A stretch of 64,000 bases of DNA from Octopus vulgaris. Taxonomy: Eukaryota. Position numbers and translations under genes: made by a program. Location of the stretch: positions 5,332,001 to 5,396,000 of the forward strand of contig OX597838.1 in NCBI GenBank assembly GCA_951406725.2, in the 5' to 3' direction. The notes below the pieces were generated by a model. It searched no databases. It saw nothing but the letters and a program-made list of their open reading frames with translations, and was not told the DNA's origin. Positions 25,751 through 43,069 of the stretch are shown piece after piece (position 1 is the stretch's first letter; every line of letters begins with the position of its first letter).

Positions 25751-26032
25751 ATTGACTTCTAGTACATACATACCATCATGGATACACACACCCATATACA
25801 CGCGTACATATACGCCTCAAGCCTATAAGCATACACACGCACTCGCGTGTAAACATGTGCATAAACACACACACCCACGCACGCGCGTACATATACATAC
25901 ATACAACAGAATATCCGCATGTATACACGGACACTGTACGTGTACACACTCACATGCATACGCGCGCCCATCCCTACATACACACATGCATATACATATA
26001 TATATATATATGTATATATAACATATATATAT

Positions 26033-26092
<60 letters not shown>

Positions 26093-26286
26093 TCATATAT
26101 ATATGCCGTTTGCAGATTCGTTAAGGTAAAGCAACAAAAACAGTACTCCATCCAGTGATAGGCAGGAAATTGGTGAATGTTTTAAATGTACACTGAAAAT
26201 ATGTGCTACAAATTATTTCTTCCTCTCGAAACATGTACAAATGTGGATTTTTGTAACATGCCTTGTGTGTAAGTAGATAGATATAG

Positions 26287-26317
<31 letters not shown>

Positions 26318-27235
26318 GATAGATACGTAGACGGATTGATAGATAGATAGACTGTTTCAGCGCTGTATGTAAGTCTATAGATATGCATATATATGTTTCT
26401 ATGACTAGATGTATATATCTATACAGAGTTGTGTTAGCGACGTATCATTTGAAGTATTCTTCTTATCTGAAGGCCATATTTTAAGTCACTCTCGAATAGC
26501 TCTCTCCATCAATGCAAACAATTAAGAATTCTTTATTATAATTAATCCAAATGAGAATATATACATAATGAAAAGAGCCTACGGCGCGATTTTAACTTAT
26601 TAACATTCAAGAAAATAATTCCCTCCAAAGCTAGGTGATTAACTCTTGCAGGTGTCTTTAGGGATACGAAATCCTTGACACATGTGCAGCGTCACTTCAA
26701 ACACAACCTTCTCTATTTGATGCAGCGAGCCACCGAAATGGACGGGCATATATATTGCATGGTTTTTGTCTAAAGATTCCAGCTAACTCATTCATCTAAT
26801 GCCGAAAGAATATTCTCCAAGTGCATTGTCATATAAATCACAAGACGGATTCCAGGAATTCCATCGTGTCTGTAGAGTTAACATAAAAATGTGAGAGGAA
26901 ATGGAAATCACGAGACAAATGCCATGTGCTACGATCGTTTCCACCCTTATGCCCCAAGACCTTAATGGTGAGATGCTGTACAATTGTCATGCTTCATTTG
27001 TTCAGATGTGTCTCTTCAGCTAACTTTTCAAAACGTACATCGATATTTTTCTTGTTACTTGCTGAGAAATATAAATATTATTAATCTCTATTATGCAATT
27101 ATATAGTAATATTTATCTGACATTTAACAATAACGGGATAAATATAAGGCGACGAGCTGGCAGAAACGTTAGCATGCCAAGCCAAATGCATATATATACA
27201 TACGTATATATCTCTCTCACACACACACAAACACA

Positions 27236-27277
<42 letters not shown>

Positions 27278-27278
<1 letters not shown>

Positions 27279-28417
27279 TCCCTGTACATCGGACAAACGA
27301 GACGCCGCTTGGCTGTCCGGTTCGCGGAACACCCTCGTGACATCCGCCTTGCCAACGACACACCGGTCTCACGCCATTTCCGCTCCACCGGTCACTCCTT
27401 GCAACACCTGTCTGTGTTCGGTTTGTCCTTGCACAGAGGCCATCCGGATTCCCGTCTGCGCCGTGAACAGGAATTAATCTTCTCTCTTCGCTCTTTTACG
27501 CCATTTGGTCTCAACTCTCCCCCCTCCTCATCTAAACACCCTCTCCCCCTCCTCATCTAACCTCGCCCCCGACCCCTACTTCTCTTCAGTCCTTCCTCCT
27601 TTCACCCCTACTCCTCTTCCATTCTTCCCTCTTTCTTCTTCCCTCTTCCCCTTCCCTCTTTCTCTCTGCTCCCTCACTCCCCTTCTCTCTCTCTCCCCCT
27701 CTCCTTCCTCCTCCTCTCCCCTCCTCTTCTCCTCTCCTTCCTTCTCCCCCTTCTCCCTCCCCCTCCTCTTTCCTTCTCCCCCCTCACCCTCACCATTCAT
27801 TTCATCTCCCCCTCCCCTCTCATCTCTCCCCTCTCCCTCCCCTCACCCCTTATCTCATCTCCCCCTCATCTCTCCTCTCTCTCCCCCTTATCTTCCCCTC
27901 TTCTCCTCTCCCCCTCTTCTCCTCTCTCTACACTACACCATACGACTTTACACATCACCCCTCCTCCTCCCCTCTCCCCTCTCCCCCCTCATCTCCTCTC
28001 TCTACACTACACCATACGACTTTACACATCACATCATATATACATACACACGTCCAGACCTCTCATACGCACTACATACTCTCTCCTACATACTCTCTCA
28101 TACACACACACACTCTTATGTTGGGGCGAGGTCATTTAACCCTATTATGTCCCCTAATTTCGCTCTTGCGTCTCACGTTTGATCTTTGACTTCTGGCCGA
28201 AATCAGATCGCCATGTTGATTCGCTAGCCTCTGCACGCATTTTTTTCTCTCCTTGTTTTTCTCCGTGTTTCTTTTCTGTGTATCTTTCTGTTGAAGAGCG
28301 TAGGCTCGAAACGTAAAAGACTTGTTTTATTTATATTCCTGAGCGCCATACTAATGCAATTGTTTGTTTGTATTCCACCTGCCTTCGTCTTTTGTTTATT
28401 TTCATAAACCTTCCCGT
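27278..28417 (+). mobile_element. 5'-truncated Penelope-like element (GIY-YIG C-terminus, pyrimidine-rich spacer, pLTR)
   Basis: 27278-27560 encodes SLYIGQTRRRLAVRFAEHPRDI...PVSRHF...RLRREQELIFSLRSFTPFGLN; hammerhead-like motif at 28283-28320; lies between (CA)n and (TA)n. Confidence 0.85.
28283..28320 (+). ncRNA. minimal hammerhead-like motif (A6U core variant)
   Basis: TCTTT-CTGTTGA-A-GAGC-GTAG-GCTC-GAAA-CG-TA-AAAGA; stems I and II perfect, helix III is the palindrome ACGT. Confidence 0.7.
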
Positions 28418-29412
28418 TATATATATATATATTTATATATACACCATAAATTTAATGTATGAGAATTCTATACAATTATTTAGTAAAAATATTGTCTGTG
28501 TATTGCAAAATTTCCACGAATTGAACAGAATTTTGATTTGAAGTCCAGAGAGATTAAAATTCAAGTCGATCCCAGTATCATTTTAATCAGAGCATAAAGA
28601 GACCGATGGCAAAAGTGCAAGCCAATGACTTTTGTCTCTTTAATGGCTCATCTACTGAGTGCACAATCTATAGAATATTTTCTGATACAAGACCACCGCT
28701 ATGATTCCTGTAGTGAAGTGTTTTATTGAGTAACTTAGATTTATTTTCTTTTAAAATCAGTATATAGTATAGAAGGTACAAGGCTCCATCCGTGATATCT
28801 CGAGGAGTGAGTAAACAAGGGAATATCAAGTGGGAAATCAATGAATTCGAAATTTTAGTCAAGGCTCCCTCCAACATAATACTATCATATAAAAATAAGG
28901 ATGCTCTGAAAAGCCCTAAATCTAAAAGCAAATGCAGGATTATGATCGGTAGAAGCTTCTAGGACTGCTCCGCTTTTATCCTGGTTCTCCTTTTGGAACA
29001 AAAAGGAAAATCAAATAATAATAGCAGCGATTGCAGATGTGGTCACATTTCGGTCAGTTTTACAACACGTGACGAGCTTGAAAATCCCTTCTTTGCTTTT
29101 CTCCGTTTGAGGAAAATTCGGTAGTGTCTCTATTATCAAATAATATCTGTCAACTGATCTTATTTAATGTTAACTCTTTTGGTTGATATTTAAGAAAAAA
29201 TTGAACATACTTAGTAGGAGGGTTTCTGTTGCAAATACTTAGATAATCTCATATGATGGATCATTTTTTTCAATTTCAGTTTATTAGATATTTGCGACAC
29301 TACAGAAAATATATGATATATGGATTTCCAAGAAGGCTGCTATATGAAGGTTTCAAGAAGTGCCGCAGAACTTTAAATAAATTAATACATACACACATAC
29401 ATACATATATAT

Positions 29413-29499
<87 letters not shown>

Positions 29500-29554
29500 C
29501 ATGTACATATACACATATATATATGCATACGTATGAATGTGTATATGTATATAA

Positions 29555-29594
<40 letters not shown>

Positions 29595-29683
29595 GTATAT
29601 ATATACATATATATATATACATACATATATGTATGCATGTGTATATATATATATATATGCATATGTATATATACATATACTAC

Positions 29684-29723
<40 letters not shown>

Positions 29724-30283
29724 GTAATATACATATTGGACATTTTTATTTTATGCTTAAAATGACAAACCTACTACGAGGGAAAAACCCACAACGAAAA
29801 TCTATTACTCACTCGCCCATAAGCAGAGAAAACCAAAAACGCAAGTTTGATTGCATCAAACAAACCAATTTTTCTTGAATGTAATCAAATGTGACAGCTA
29901 AAAAGCAAAGATGTAAGGAAATATCTGTCCTTCATGTAGATCTTACATGGTATAAATCTACTCTTGGAAGTACATTTGTCGTATCTGAAACTTGTTGTAC
30001 TAATGATACGTGTCATGTATTATTGATTACGAAGTTGAGATAGGAGTATGTATATACGCTGTGCAGAGATTCTGTCAGGAGCGAAAAAAAAAAAAATAGT
30101 TGTTTAAAATATATTTTGTGATATCAGGGCGAAAGAATTCTCGAAACGGTACAGTGATGTACAAAATTAAGTACAATGCATTGTGAAAGCCATGTAAGTT
30201 CTTTTCGAATGAACGCGTCGGTTTTTATATATACATCAGCCCTCGATCGAGAAAATTCATTCCGCTTATTTAGGTGTGAACCA

Positions 30284-30365
30284 ATCTATTATATAAAATC
30301 CGTTCTGTATGGCTGTGTGTGTCTTCTAGGATCTCGGGCATCCTCCATCCGAATGCGCTCAAATG
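30284..30365 (+). mobile_element. Helitron-like 5' end fragment (part repeated at ~31520-31564)
   Basis: Starts ATCTATTATATAAAATCCG; TTCTAGGATCTCGGGCATCCTCCATCCGAATG.GCTCAAA occurs twice. Confidence 0.4.
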
Positions 30366-31220
30366 TGATATGTAGATACCGACGGTATCATGGCGTGTAT
30401 AAGTCTTCAAAAGATTATAATAATCTATTCCAGGTGAGAATTCGATTGATAAAGCCGTTTTTGTCCTGCTTTTCTTCCGTCAACCTGTACATAACTGCAC
30501 CTTCCATTTTTGTACTGCTTTACGGCACGTTTCTATTCTGCCAAGCTTACTGTTTAAACCATGTTTGTGTTCTCCCAGTCAACAGCCTTATCATTACTGG
30601 TACTTTAAACTCTTCGGTTGCCTCTTTTTGTGAATAAAATCGATTTTCCTTGGAATAGTAAAAAAGTCTATCTTTATTTCTTCTTTTGCTGTTGACTCAA
30701 ATTTGGGTAAAATCAGTGTTTCTCTAAGGGGAGACCCATGGGACGGTCGCACAATTTGTTTTGAGAAACTTTGGTTTAAATATTTGACAACTCAGCACCG
30801 TCTATTGGACGGTGGGGGACGTTTTGCTCGTAAAATATAAATAGCTACCACCGTAACCTCATTTCTCTGCGTCTTTAATATAAATTGAGATAACGTGATC
30901 TGCTATGGGAAGCCCTATAATATAGTGGTTAAGTGGTTAGCGTCAGTATAAATGCATTCAGATAGACATGCCCATATTAGATTCACTCACACATACATCC
31001 AGGCGCACATAGTACATAAAATCAATGCATCATTGTTTATATATATATATATATAAGAGAGAGAGAGAGAGAGAGGGGTAGGCAGTACGTGAGAGGAGAG
31101 ATAGAGATCATGCTGTCATTTAACTCTCTCTAAGAATGACTACTCAAAGTAGAATGGAGACGATTTTGCATAGCAAACCACAAGGTTTATAACCAACACG
31201 TATTTAACTATATCTGTCTG

Positions 31221-31350
<130 letters not shown>

Positions 31351-32559
31351 AATATTTGTGCATAAAGGCACACACATATTTATCGATTCATATCCACTTA
31401 CATAGATACATACATAGGTACATATATAACTACATTCCTACATGCTTATATACATACAAGCATACCTACATAGTTACACAAAGAAATACACCCGATATAC
31501 GAGTTAATTTCTTCCCGGTGTGCCTTCTAGGATCTCGGGCATCCTCCATCCGAATGTGCTCAAAAGCGAAAAATCGTAAAATAGAGCAATAATTCTCCAA
31601 CAGCCGAGTGTAACGAATATTTTATGTAAAACTATAAAGACTGTCAAGATCACTTAAATTAAAAAATATTATTATCTCAACCGTGTTCAGAATCACTCAC
31701 ACTAGACTCGCACACGCCATCACTTGTAGACGCGATCACCGATTCACATACACTCGTCGACGGACACGTAGATTTCTTTTAGAAAAGCACGTCTAGAGTT
31801 TTTGCTTAGAAGAAGTTTTTTTAGGCTCTGTATAAATTCCTCGCTCGCACTCAGAAGCATCTGTTATTGTTGTAGAAAGTTTTACAATTTCAGCTCGTCA
31901 TGCAAATGTAAACTGAAAAATAAAGCTCGTAAACCCGAGCACATGTACAGTGAGTACTCGTAAAGGGAATTATTACTGTACATACATACATACGTACATA
32001 CATACATATACACGTACGTACATACAAACATACAAACATACATACATACGTACATACATACATACATACTTATGTAAGTTATAATGTGAATGATAGAATG
32101 CAAGTCCAAAGAGGAGATATTGTTCTTGTGTACATTACTTAGATCATCTTACAGGTTTTCTTGAATGAAAAATTCAAGGAAAATATATAAGCAGATTACA
32201 CTACCAAATCTTCAGAGATTACGCAGCATAGTGCTATGCAGATATAGTTTACGGGGTCAGCAGCGCACTAGAACACACATGTGTTATGCAATATGTGTGT
32301 GAGTGTATATATGTGTGTGTTTATAAATAGAGATATATGTTTTTGTGTTTGTATTTATGTAAATATGTATTTACGTATGTATTTATATAGAAATTGATAA
32401 AGCCAAACTTGGAGAGGCTTGAGCAGTATAAAATAATGGAAGCAGATAGGAAATGGCTACATCAAAAGTGGTGCCAATATTTTTTCATCACTATTACATT
32501 TTAAAATATCATACGTTAAACTCATGTCTATAGCACAGTTTCTATATAATATTAACGAC

Positions 32560-33390
<831 letters not shown>

Positions 33391-33568
33391 GAACTTTCGG
33401 TGTTTTGATTTTCTATGAGAAAACGGCTGCAGATGATATTCCCTTTCATGTTTGTTGTATATTAAAATGATCTTTCAAACCAAAAGTCCATTATCATACA
33501 ATCAGAGCAAGTACACTGTATATACATAAGTATATACACATATATATATATACATACATACGTTTATA

Positions 33569-33632
<64 letters not shown>

Positions 33633-33669
33633 CATATATATACATATATATGCGTATATATATATATGC

Positions 33670-33703
<34 letters not shown>

Positions 33704-33946
33704 GAATATGTGTGTGGGGAGATGTGTATATTGCGCGTGTGCTTTCCGTTTACAGCTATGTATTTATATAAGTGTATATGTATATTTTACTATATGTACA
33801 TTTTCGGAAGTTTTTTTTTTCTTTTTTTTCTAATACATAAAATTTGCATCTGATCATACGTTCATGAAGATACAATATTTCATAAACGCATGCGCAGTAA
33901 ATACAAATACATACGTAGAGACGCTTACATGCACCCTGTGTGTCTG

Positions 33947-34020
<74 letters not shown>

Positions 34021-34247
34021 TTGTGTGTATGTGCGTGTATATAATATGATAGATGTAAACAAACCAATGTTTGCCTTAGAAGCATTGAAATGTGTATTGT
34101 GATACACAAATATGATAATATATTTTCAAACGCACAAACGCTGGTAGAACAATCGAGACAGGATAAAATATGCATACAAAGCGGAAAAATATGTCAGCAA
34201 CCAGCCATGAGATGCGAACTCACATCTTTTTAATTACGGGTCAAATG

Positions 34248-34366
<119 letters not shown>

Positions 34367-34369
34367 ATA

Positions 34370-34557
34370 TAGTCGTCTTGATAGATCGTTAGCCACTACA
34401 TACATTTATTTTCTCTCCTTGTATATTCTGTGTCCCTTTCTGACGAAGAGCGTAGGCTCGAAACGTAAGACTTTTTCTATTTCTAGGCGTTATACTAATA
34501 CATCTGTTTGTTTTGTACATCACCTGTCTTCGTATTTTGTTTTGTTTCGTAAACTCT

Positions 34558-34560
<3 letters not shown>
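34370..34560 (+). mobile_element. solo PLE pLTR fragment with hammerhead motif (34436-34471)
   Basis: CTTT-CTGACGA-A-GAGCGTAGGCTC-GAAACGTA; downstream sequence is homologous to 28320-28417 and 38290-38401. Confidence 0.75.
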
Positions 34561-34610
<50 letters not shown>

Positions 34611-35350
34611 CAGAAAACAGATTAATTGCCCATTGCTTTATAGTACATATACTACGAGCAACGTGAAATATAGTGACTTGCTTAAGAACACAACACATGG
34701 GACATCGATACCATATTTGCTTGGTGTTGCGTTTTCATGCTCGTGTCATGCAATTTTTGTAATGTTACATTATAACGTTACATAGATTACATTTCAAACT
34801 AGTTAATTCTAAATGTGAAGCAATTGACAATACATTATCCCAGTTTATGATCCACGATATTCAGAAAATGATTTAATTTTAAAAACCAAAGTGTTGTTCT
34901 TAAAAAAATGTAAAGACTGCTTTCTACACAACACAAACAATTGCAAAAAATATCGTAAAAGAAACAAACAAACATTGTAAAACAAAAAAATATTCTTAAT
35001 ATTCTCGTCAGACGATAACGATCGGGTTAGGAGAAACTCAAACTTAGTTGTTTTTTTAATGAAAAAGAAGTATAGAAAATTGCATAGACACTATATACGA
35101 AATTAAAAGTATATATGAATATATTCTTGGAGCTGATATTATGTACAATTCAGAAATAATATGGATGTGAAAATAATAAAAATTTAGTGTAAGAAACTAA
35201 AAAATTATTCTAAAATAATCAGACTAAGAAAAAAACTTAAATATGAAAATCCTTTGATATGTTTTCCTCTTGATTCATAACTTCATATTTCACACAGAAA
35301 GTTATGAGATTACATACATATATACACATGAGAATGTACCCACGCATTTG

Positions 35351-35406
<56 letters not shown>

Positions 35407-35601
35407 TGTATATAAACGCATAATATACTCGGCTGAATGAAATACTATATATATATATATATATATATGAATATATATACAACTATATCCCTACAGTCTT
35501 CTCTACTAATATGCATGTATGTATATATATATCAATTGTATAAAATTTATGCTTATGTGCGTATTTGTATCTATGCTTATATATGTATATAAATATACGC
35601 A

Positions 35602-35644
<43 letters not shown>

Positions 35645-36320
35645 CTAATTATAATGTATATAAATGCCTATATTCATAAATATGTATGTACATATACAGT
35701 CATATGTAACAATGTATATATATATGTGTTTATGTCTATATGTATATTTATATATCTATATCTCTCTCTATATATATATACATACATATATTTTCTTACT
35801 TTCACTTATTTCCCTGTAGTCATTTCTATCACTCTACAAACACACACACACACACGTTGAGTCATAACCATAGACAAACATAAATATACCTTTCTTCTGT
35901 GCCGTCTCTGAAGACTAAAGTAATTCTGTTTCATCATCGAAATATTTGTTTGACTTTCTTTTGTTGAAAGAATATCAGAAAGAAAATATATTATTTAATT
36001 TCCTATTAACTACGGTTTTTCGAAAATTTTCATTTTTATATTTTCAACTTTATAACGAAAACAAAGAAAATAAGACGAAGTATTCCCCATAAGAGACTAA
36101 AATATACAAATGCGTTTATTCGCCAAACGAAATCAGAGAGAGAGAGAGGGGAGAGAGGGCGGCAGAGAGAGGGAGAGAGAGAGAGTGGGATAGTGGGATG
36201 GAAGAAGGGAGAGGGAGAGGGAGAAAGAGAGAGAGGAGAGATGGAATACAACAAATAAATAAACAAATTAAAAATTAAAGTAATAACAATATAAATGATA
36301 ATTCAATTCAAACAAAAACG

Positions 36321-36363
<43 letters not shown>

Positions 36364-36428
36364 TAAGAAGAAGAAGAAGAAGAAGAAACACGGACAACAT
36401 CGACAACATCGACAACAACAACAACAAC

Positions 36429-36496
<68 letters not shown>

Positions 36497-36497
<1 letters not shown>

Positions 36498-36704
36498 CAG
36501 ACAAATACATAACAAAAGCACCAGGACTTACAAACACATATAACATACACAAAATTGCACTACTAGGCACTGCACACATCCTACGCAGAACACTTTCCAT
36601 ACAATAACCATCAGAGCATTACAACAAATCACAGCACATACCCAAGGCACACAGAGCTGCGCTCGGTAGTGAACTGAAAGCACGCTATAAAAATAAAACT
36701 ACTG
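36497..36704 (+). mobile_element. Dong/R4-clade non-LTR retrotransposon 3' end inserted in (AAT)n
   Basis: Encodes SDKYITKAPGLTNTYNIHKIALLGTAHILRRTLSIQ*, matching the R4/Dong C-terminal K.ALLGTAHILR motif; (AAT)n on both sides, the known Dong target. Confidence 0.8.
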
Positions 36705-37173
36705 AATAATAATAATAATAATAATAATAGTAATTATATAAAGTGAAAATTATCGATTCAAGTTTTGGCATAAAGCTAAGCAATTTTCTAGTGGTGGTTA
36801 GTCGATCCCAGAGTCCCGTATTCAGTTCCACCGTGCTGAATATGCAGCAAGTGTTTTCTACTCCTGGTGTGGACTGACCAACGTCTTTGGAGCAGATTTG
36901 CTAGACGGTTATTTATATATATATATATATATATATATGCTGTGCGTAAGGTTGAGTAACCGGTATCGTTAGCTGGTAGTTGTCCAGCACCGACGATGGG
37001 AAATTATCCAGAAACCGTTGGTCTGTAGGTTCTGCGAATGGATAGAAAGTGTAGTATATTCCAGACACACATCGCGTGTAGATAATCAACAGCAAAAAAT
37101 TAATTTCCTGGTGCTAAAACTTAGTAACATGGTCCTATGCTGGACTGCCACCTTACGTTGACAAATAGATTAT

Positions 37174-37284
<111 letters not shown>

Positions 37285-37285
37285 G

Positions 37286-37320
<35 letters not shown>

Positions 37321-37339
37321 GTATATATATGTATATATA

Positions 37340-38550
<1,211 letters not shown>

Positions 38551-40841
38551 CTTATATATATATAAGCAAATATCATACACTCTTTGGTAATTCGGTAACT
38601 TAATTCCTGATTTACTATATGTTCATTTTTTTTACCATATTTTTCTCTTAATTCCTCTCATTTAATAAAGTATGATATCACACACTATAAATTATTAAAA
38701 TCATCAGAAAATATTATAGACACAACTTTGAGTGTCAAACGGCAAATTAACGAAAGATAAGTAAAATCATGTAAATATCTACATGTTTCTTAATATTTGA
38801 TATTCTGCTTGGAATGTACTTTTTTTCCCCGGCAACTTTCAGATTCATCCATAGTAGAAAATTTAGCAGACATTTAAGGAAAAGAAACTAAAGCACAACG
38901 TTGATAGATATCAAGAATTATTGAAATGGCGTTTAAGCTTTGCCAGTAATGTAATTTCCATCAAACTGTCACTATCACTTTGAAGCCGGCCTCCAGTATG
39001 GCAGAAACCTTACTAATATAACTTAATTGGTTTCATATGACTATGTCAAAATCAATTGAGTAATAAATATACTTAAGAACTCGATAAAGCATTTATATGT
39101 AGCTATGTAGACATATATTTTTTTCTTAAATGTTATTACGGCTACGTGTGTCTGTGTGCATATAAACATAAGATTCGTAAATGAATATGCACTTGTAGAT
39201 ATGAATGTGTGTGTGTGTGTGCATGTATATATGCATACATACAGACGTATATATGTATATATGCTTATATGAATGTATACGGAAATGGATTTTCTTTTAC
39301 ATAATTACATCCAGTAAGATGAATATTACGCGAGAGCTTTCCACGAGTAATCACGTGATTTTATTGAAAGTTTATTATGAGTAGGTTTATATAAGGATAT
39401 AATGGAAACTTTTAATGGACATATATACATAAGTACGTATCTATCTGTCTTGTTGATTATAACTAAGAAATTAGTGAAAATATTCCAATGATTCGTAAAC
39501 GATTAGAAGCTAGATATATCTAAGGAAAGGTAATAAGCGAGTGTTATTATTATAAGTAGGAGAGGGGTGTATTTATTCTTATGTGTGGGGGTGAGTTTAT
39601 ATTCTTTACATTAGGAACTTTTAATATTATGCATTAAAATGATAACAAAGTTGCTTACGATTTCATGAATTAAATTACAGAATAAAAAATTGGTGTGTTC
39701 ATATTGAGGCGCGGTTAGCATTTTTGCATTTTCCTTAAATATGTTCTCTGTATGTATAGAAATTGTTTCCTTGCATTCGTAAATGGGGAAAAACTGAAGT
39801 TTGTTTGGAGATTTCGAGCACATCTCTTTATGCGTTCTCTCAATATTATTTGACTATACATGGGAAAAAGGGACCGCTTCCTTATGCAATGTAGTTCTCC
39901 GCCTGATGAACATAATTGTTTGGCCAAGATACTTCTATTCACATCCTAAACTAATTGGTACATGTATTAAATTTCCAGATGCACAATTAAAGCTAGTCTT
40001 GATTATGAATCTCTATACTTGGTTAAATTGAAATTCCGAAACATTAAAATGTGTTCCGTTGTTGGGTATAACTACATATTAGTCAGCATCCTTGTAAGTG
40101 ATATACTTTGCCTTTCCTTTTTGATAAATTTGCGTTTGTAGAAGGTGGTTAAGCTTAATGTACGTTTGCATATGTATATGCATATATATATATATATATA
40201 TGAAAACATACACACACACACTCATATATATATATGTGTGTGTGTGTGTGCGTGTATATATATATATATGTATATATGGTGTATTGCGTTCGGAAAGCGG
40301 CATAGTACCGCGTTAAGCTCCTCCACCCTCAGATTTACCCAATAATATCCGGTAGCATTGTGGTATACTTCCAAATTATTTACTTTTGGGCATTCGTCGT
40401 GTGTAAATAGAAATTCGAAGAAATTGGAGTCATAAAGAAGGCTAATATTGGACATTTTTCAATCACTACAATTGTTTCTATAGAAGGTAGGACACAAAAG
40501 AATACAGGTATTTGATTATGCAACACTGTGTTTGAATGATGTGATCTAGCAGTTGTTTCCCCAAGGCAGGCCTTATGTCAAAGAATTTAAACTGACGGAG
40601 GCAACTCTAAAATGTCCCCTCAAGAAACACAACTAGATCTCATTGTGCAAATTAAATACCTGTATTTTTGGAGATGTCCGTTGTCTGACAACAATTATAG
40701 TGCTTAAAAAGTAACTGTCCAATCGTACTCCATCTTCTCGATGTGGTTCCGTGTTCAGTCCCACTGCGTGTTATCTTGGACAAGTGTCTTCTACTACAGC
40801 ATGAGATACAAACACGAGCGCTCGCACACACACACACACAC

Positions 40842-40999
40842 ACACATATAAACAAATGTATTTGTACCCGATATTCGTACAGGTATATGTTGATGAAAAT
40901 TCATACGTATTTATATATATATATATATAAATACGTATGAATTTTCATCAACATATACCTGTACGAATATCGGGTACAAATACATTTGTTTATATGTGT
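40842..40999. repeat. 158-bp spacerless perfect palindrome centred on a short TA run
   Basis: ACACATATAAACAAATGTATTTGTACCCGATATTCG... is mirrored exactly about 40920/40921. Confidence 0.9.
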
Positions 41000-41297
41000 A
41001 ATGTTTTGAAAAGGCCAGGAAGCTGTGTGGTTTCAGGAATTAGCAGATGTGTTAGTGACTATAGATTTGCACTGCATAGCTTTACTATGCGTACGTGATT
41101 TTCTACACTTGATTGATTGCAACCAATATCAATTAACATGGCCCAATAAACATTATTCTAACCATTGACCATTATCATAAATGTATTTATTAACTCTCCG
41201 ATATTATTTGCGATACAGAAGTTGATGGTGTTGGAGGTAGCGGTCAACGGGCGTGAATTTGACCGCGTGAACAATATATAAAGATAATCTAAAATTA

Positions 41298-41345
<48 letters not shown>

Positions 41346-41740
41346 CTAATGAGTGTGTGTATATATATGTGTGTATGTATTTGGATATGTGAAAATATGT
41401 AGCGATTAAGTAATTTATATATATATATATACATAGGTAGGTAGATAGAGAGATAGGTAGACAGCTAGACAGACAGGAAGACAACCAGCCAGACAGGCTG
41501 ACAGGCAGACTGATAGGTTTTTAAGATAGTAGAAAGTAATTAGCGAGTGATCAAGTGAACTTATCAGATACCATTTAGTAAATTGATATGAAATACGGTA
41601 AATGGGACGTAAGGAGGTTGTTATCCTGGTTGCTTGGTTGCCTCGCTCCCTGGATGGCTGACTGTTCTGTTGCAGGGATGCTTATTATCATTATTATTAT
41701 TATTATTATTATTATCATTATTATTATTATTATTATCATT

Positions 41741-41809
<69 letters not shown>

Positions 41810-41810
<1 letters not shown>

Positions 41811-42010
41811 TGGCAGAAGCGTTTGCACGCCGGGCGAAATGCTTACCGGTATTTCGTCTGTCTTTACGTTGTGAGTTCAAATTCCGCCGAGTTCGACTTT
41901 GCCTTTCATCCTTTCGGGGTCGATAAATTAAGTACCAGTTACGCACTGGTGTCGGTATAATCGGCTTAATCCGTTTGTCAGTCCTCTCTGTGCTTAACCC
42001 ATTGTAGGTA
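41810..42010 (+). mobile_element. SINE (family of 1526-1739), 5'-clipped, following (ATT)n
   Basis: CTGGCAGAAGCGTTTGCACGCCGGGCGAAATGCTT...GAGTTCAAATTCCGCCGAG...CATCCTTTCGGGGTCGATAAATTAAGTACC. Confidence 0.8.
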
Positions 42011-42207
42011 CTTGTATTGGTTCCTGATAAACGTCTGTTTAACCTATTGTTACCTGCGCCCGACGTGTATGGTGTCCCTGCACATCATTACCCGGGGATA
42101 ACATAGGTAACGGATACTGAGAGTACATACGGATATTTTATCCCTTGTTCGGTTACTACAACTGCTAACTCTCTCTTTCTCTCTCTCACACACACACTAT
42201 CTCCCTC

Positions 42208-42298
<91 letters not shown>

Positions 42299-42329
42299 TT
42301 ATATATATATATATATGCATGTATGTATA

Positions 42330-42379
<50 letters not shown>

Positions 42380-42480
42380 ATATGTACGTATATGTAAGCA
42401 TGCATGCATGCATATATCTATGTTGTAGAGATGCTTCATAGCACTATATGCATTCCTCACAAAATGTATATGTATATATG

Positions 42481-42526
<46 letters not shown>

Positions 42527-42544
42527 TATACATAAGTATATAGT

Positions 42545-42846
42545 AGTCATAACGCGAGACAGTGACAACCTGGCCACTGGTGGTGGTGTAACACACCATA
42601 CTAATCATATCTGTCAGGCATGTGGAAGAGAGTGTAATTCGGCAGGAGGACTTAAACGACATGCAAAGGTACATGAAGCCCAGTTACAACTACAGCCGGC
42701 AATTATCGGTAAAGGTTTTAGTTGCCAATTTTGTACAAGACATTGTAGATCTTTAGCTGGGATAAAAAGTCACATTCGATCACAGCACCAACAACAGTTA
42801 AGCTTCGTGTAATGGCTGTAATCAATAACGAGGGGGCAGCCATCAT
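42545..42846 (+). mobile_element. RTE-clade LINE 3' end with two C2H2-like fingers and terminal stem-loop
   Basis: CQACGRECNSAGGLKRHAKVH and CQFCTRHCRSLAGIKSHIRSQH resemble the RTE ORF C-terminal finger; very short 3' UTR with stem ATGGCTG/CAGCCAT; flanked by TA-rich repeats. Confidence 0.65.
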
Positions 42847-43069
42847 ATATATACATACATACAACAGCCTTCTTTCAGTTTCTGTCTACCAAATCTAACC
42901 ACCAGCCTCTGATGAAGGCTTTAGTGGAAGATTAACACGCGCTAGGACTGCACTGGGACCAATATGTTTAGAAAGGAAGCTTCTTACGCCACAGTCACGA
43001 CTTAATACTTTCATTTATATTTTATATCACGCTGACTATTAAGTAAGTGTGTGTGTGAATATTATGTAG

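Noticed and set aside
42486-42812. Host C2H2 zinc-finger gene exon
   Set aside because: No TGEKP linkers or clear splice acceptor; finger style, short 3' stem-loop and microsatellite flanks fit an RTE retrotransposon 3' end.
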